Assembly (NCBI GenBank): GCA_965248435.1
Contig: OZ252100.1
Coordinates: 3,584,001 to 3,648,000 of the forward strand
From: Candidatus Latescibacterota bacterium
GTDB taxonomy: Bacteria > Latescibacterota > UBA2968 > GCA-2709665
DNA length: 64,000 nucleotides
Direction of reading: 5' to 3'
Within the stretch, counting starts at the first letter, position 1, and each line of letters starts with the position of its first letter. The notes under the pieces are model-generated. The model ran no database searches. It had not been told where the DNA came from and worked only from the letters and a program-made list of their open reading frames with translations. The position numbers were made by a program, and so were the translations under genes. Below, one piece after another: positions 61,131 through 64,000 of this stretch.

Positions 61131-63128
61131 TTGGCTGAATCGGCCCCAGCGGCCCCAATGCCTGAACAAGCACCGTCATCCAGCGCGCGCGGGATCACGC
61201 TTCGTTCCGTGGCCGTTGGGATCGGGATCGTGGTCCTCGTCAACATCTGGGTGGTCTACGCGGAGACGATCGTCAGGTGCACCCGGCTGAATCTACAGAC
61301 GCTTCAGCTCACTCTGCTTTCGCTTTTCGTCCTCCTCGTCGGGCTCGCCAACCCGCTCCTGAAACTCGTTCAGAGGAGGTTCGCGTTTTCGTCCTCCGAG
61401 CTGCTCGCGGTCGTGGCGATCGGTATGGTGGGCTCGGTCGTGCCCACGACGGGGGTCTCCGGCTTTCTCCTGGGCATGATTTCGTCGCCGTTCTATTTCG
61501 ACACGCCGGAGAATATGTGGGGGGAGTTCTATCACCCCTACTTGAGTACGTGGGCCGTGCAGACGGACCGGGAGGCGCTTCGGGTGTTTTATGAGGGCCT
61601 TCCACCGGGCGCTGAGGCCCCCTGGACATCCTGGATCGTTCCCCTGGGCTGGTGGGCGAGCATCATCGCGGCCATCTTCATCGGATCTGCCTGCGCCATG
61701 GTGATCCTTCGCAAGCCGTGGGTGGAACACGAGCGGCTGGCCTATCCACTCGCGACGGTGCCGATCGAGATGGTAGAGGGCGCCGATTCAAACCGCCTGC
61801 TGCCGGAGTTTATGCAGGGCAGGCTGTTCTGGATCGGAGCTATCGTACCCTTCTCGCTCTTTTTCTGGAATACGATGCACTGGCTCTACCCACCCATTCC
61901 GCACTTCATTCTCTATCCACCGCCCCACTTCGAATACTTCCGGTTTACGCGATACTCTCCATTCATCGTCGTGCAGCCGCTCCAGTTCTACACGATCGGC
62001 ATCTGTTACTTCGCCAACCTGCAGGTGCTGTTCAGCGTCTGGTTCTTCTTCCTGGTGCACGTCGTGGAGGGGGGGATCAAGAATCGATTGGGCTACAGGA
62101 TCGGGTGGTCGTCCGATTCGTTCAGCGCCGACCCGCCGACGGAGGCCTGGCAGTGCCACGGGGCGCTTGCCTTCTTGGTGATCTGGCGGCTCTGGGTTGC
62201 GCGGCATCACTTGCGAGATGTCTTCTTGAGGGCGGTTCGATCGGCCCATCCCGCCGATGACCGCGGCGAGATGCTTTCCTATCGCGTCGCAGTCCTCGGT
62301 CTTCTGCTGAGCCTCTGCTACGCGATGTTCTGGCTTCATCAGATCGGGATGGATCCGGTCACCATCGCGATGTTCATGTTTTCAGGGGGGATTATCTACC
62401 TGGGCATGGCGAGGATCTCAGCGGAGGCGGGCGTGCCCGCTGCACAGTCGTCGGTGTCGCCGCAGGCGTTCGTGATGGACCTCAGGGGCACGGATGTGAT
62501 GTCCCGGGCAAACCTGACCGGCATCCTGCTTTCCTACTCGCTGATCGATTACATGCGCGGGCTGTTTACGCCCAGTCTCGCTCACGCGGCGAGGTGGGGT
62601 GACCTGATCAGGGGGAACCGGCGCCTCCTGCTGCTCTGGGTCGGTATCGGGGTGCTTGCCGGTCTGAGCGCTTCCGTATTGTTCACGATCCACCTCGGCC
62701 ACAATTACGGGGCCTACAACTTCTCGGGTCTCTTCTTCGGGGGGAATCCAAAACAGGTCTTTTCCTCGACAGCGGGGTTGATGCGGACGCCGGTGGCCCC
62801 GGATCCGATGCGGCTCCTGTTCTACGGGATCGGCGCTGTTGTGATGGCGCTGTTGACGTTCATGAGAAACCGGGTCGGCTGGTGGTCTCTCCATCCGATC
62901 GGATTCGTCCTCTCCGCGGCGGACAACAACGCCTCTCTGGTGATGCCTGTGTTTATCGCCTGGGCGCTCAAGATGATATTGATGCGTATCGGGGGCGTTA
63001 CGCTCTATCGACGCACAAAACCATTGTTCCTGGGTCTGCTTGTCGGCTATACGTTCGGCGTAGTCTGGTCGTTCGTCGTGGATGCGATCTGGTTTCCGGG
63101 GCACGGGCACTCTGTGAGTGGATGGTAG
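61131..63128 (+). CDS. DUF6785/DUF6784-like membrane protein, copy 5 (divergent)
   Basis: GITLRS, TPEN.W, PW..W..P, KPW...ERLAYPL, WSLHPIG, K..LMRIGG..LY. Confidence 0.75.
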   Translation: MAESAPAAPMPEQAPSSSARGITLRSVAVGIGIVVLVNIWVVYAETIVRCTRLNLQTLQLTLLSLFVLLVGLANPLLKLVQRRFAFSSSELLAVVAIGMVGSVVPTTGVSGFLLGMISSPFYFDTPENMWGEFYHPYLSTWAVQTDREALRVFYEGLPPGAEAPWTSWIVPLGWWASIIAAIFIGSACAMVILRKPWVEHERLAYPLATVPIEMVEGADSNRLLPEFMQGRLFWIGAIVPFSLFFWNTMHWLYPPIPHFILYPPPHFEYFRFTRYSPFIVVQPLQFYTIGICYFANLQVLFSVWFFFLVHVVEGGIKNRLGYRIGWSSDSFSADPPTEAWQCHGALAFLVIWRLWVARHHLRDVFLRAVRSAHPADDRGEMLSYRVAVLGLLLSLCYAMFWLHQIGMDPVTIAMFMFSGGIIYLGMARISAEAGVPAAQSSVSPQAFVMDLRGTDVMSRANLTGILLSYSLIDYMRGLFTPSLAHAARWGDLIRGNRRLLLLWVGIGVLAGLSASVLFTIHLGHNYGAYNFSGLFFGGNPKQVFSSTAGLMRTPVAPDPMRLLFYGIGAVVMALLTFMRNRVGWWSLHPIGFVLSAADNNASLVMPVFIAWALKMILMRIGGVTLYRRTKPLFLGLLVGYTFGVVWSFVVDAIWFPGHGHSVSGW

Positions 63129-63358
63129 GAAAGCCGACGGCAGACGGCGGACCGCAATAATCTCTCTTGTTGAAACAGTGGCTTGCCAGCATTTGATCAA
63201 AAGACGCAATTATGAAGTCGATTCTGACTCGATGGGTGGGGCTTATGCCATGAGCGAGACTGTTTTTAGGAAACTACAAGCAATGCGAAAGGCCATCGCC
63301 CCGAATGCATAGCTTTCTGTCGCATCGCGGCCGCCGTCTGCGGTCCGTGGTCTGCGGT

Positions 63359-64000
63359 CTATTCTATCGGGTCAAGCGGGTAAAGCGGCCTTGGCCGATG
63401 CTGGTAGGTAAAGTCTTCGGGATTGGCTGCGGTGGCGCCGGGGGTGTTTACGGTGATGATTCTCGATGAAACCGGTTCGTAGGCAGCGCGAGGGGCGACG
63501 GCACCCTTGACGACGATGATCCTGCGGGTCTCGGGACGGATGCCGAGGCAAAGGACCTGATGGAGGCTCGTCGGAGACTCGCGGAGGCTGGTGAGGACGA
63601 CGAGGTGGCCTTCCGGCGTCTCCACCACTGCTGTGAGGCCGGTGTCGCCGAAGCGCAGGCCGCCGTGCCTCGGTTCCGGCTCGATGTACCTTCCGTCTGC
63701 GATGAGGCGGACGGTCCCGGTGATGGAGATGGGATCGCCGTGCCGATCATCGGTCTTACCGCCTATCATGATACTGACTGCTTCACGCACGCCAGCGGTG
63801 ATGCATTCCTGAACGGCGTCCGGGTCGTAGATCAGGACCAGGCAGTCCGGGACGTTCTGGCGGAGGATTTCGGCGAATAGGATCGTAGAATCTCCCGGGC
63901 CCCCGCCCCCGATGTTGTCCCCGCAATCCATCAGGCTGACCGGACCCTTCGGTTCGGCGGCGGCTTCGCGGACCGCCGACTCAGGATCCGTCAGCTTTGC
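63359..64000 (-). CDS. M81 family metallopeptidase (MlrC-like), C-terminal part
   Basis: D.GDNIGGGGPGDST, GGKTD, IIVVK, RPRPLYPLD; ORF open to the window edge. Confidence 0.85.
   Translation of the reverse strand, partial: AKLTDPESAVREAAAEPKGPVSLMDCGDNIGGGGPGDSTILFAEILRQNVPDCLVLIYDPDAVQECITAGVREAVSIMIGGKTDDRHGDPISITGTVRLIADGRYIEPEPRHGGLRFGDTGLTAVVETPEGHLVVLTSLRESPTSLHQVLCLGIRPETRRIIVVKGAVAPRAAYEPVSSRIITVNTPGATAANPEDFTYQHRPRPLYPLDPIE

Overview
GC-rich bacterial window. Its gene content (GWxTD protein, TonB receptor with a PorV-like barrel, many DUF6785-like membrane proteins) points to an FCB-group lineage such as Latescibacterota; this is inference only. 1-11.5 kb is mostly housekeeping: GWxTD/TPR protein, DUF169, methyltransferase, lgt, HIT, dCMP deaminase, an aldo-keto reductase/chlorite-dismutase-family fusion, SDRs, an M28 peptidase and an orphan AAA ATPase. 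About 11.8-63 kb is an almost entirely + strand uptake/catabolism region. It encodes divergent catabolic enzymes, five paralogous ~650-690 aa polytopic membrane proteins, an OPT-like membrane protein, a 1521-aa pseudo-peptidase/FtsX-like permease fusion and a TonB receptor + C-terminal-domain protein + PorV-like cassette. This is the best candidate for an undescribed import system. Mobile DNA comprises ISL3, IS481 and IS30 elements with identifiable ends and target duplications, a RAYT with flanking REPs, and dense small palindromic and heptamer repeats. ISL3 and IS481 sit inside copies of the same MITE-like element. No rRNA, tRNA or CRISPR array was recognised. All family assignments come from motif recognition by eye, not database searches.
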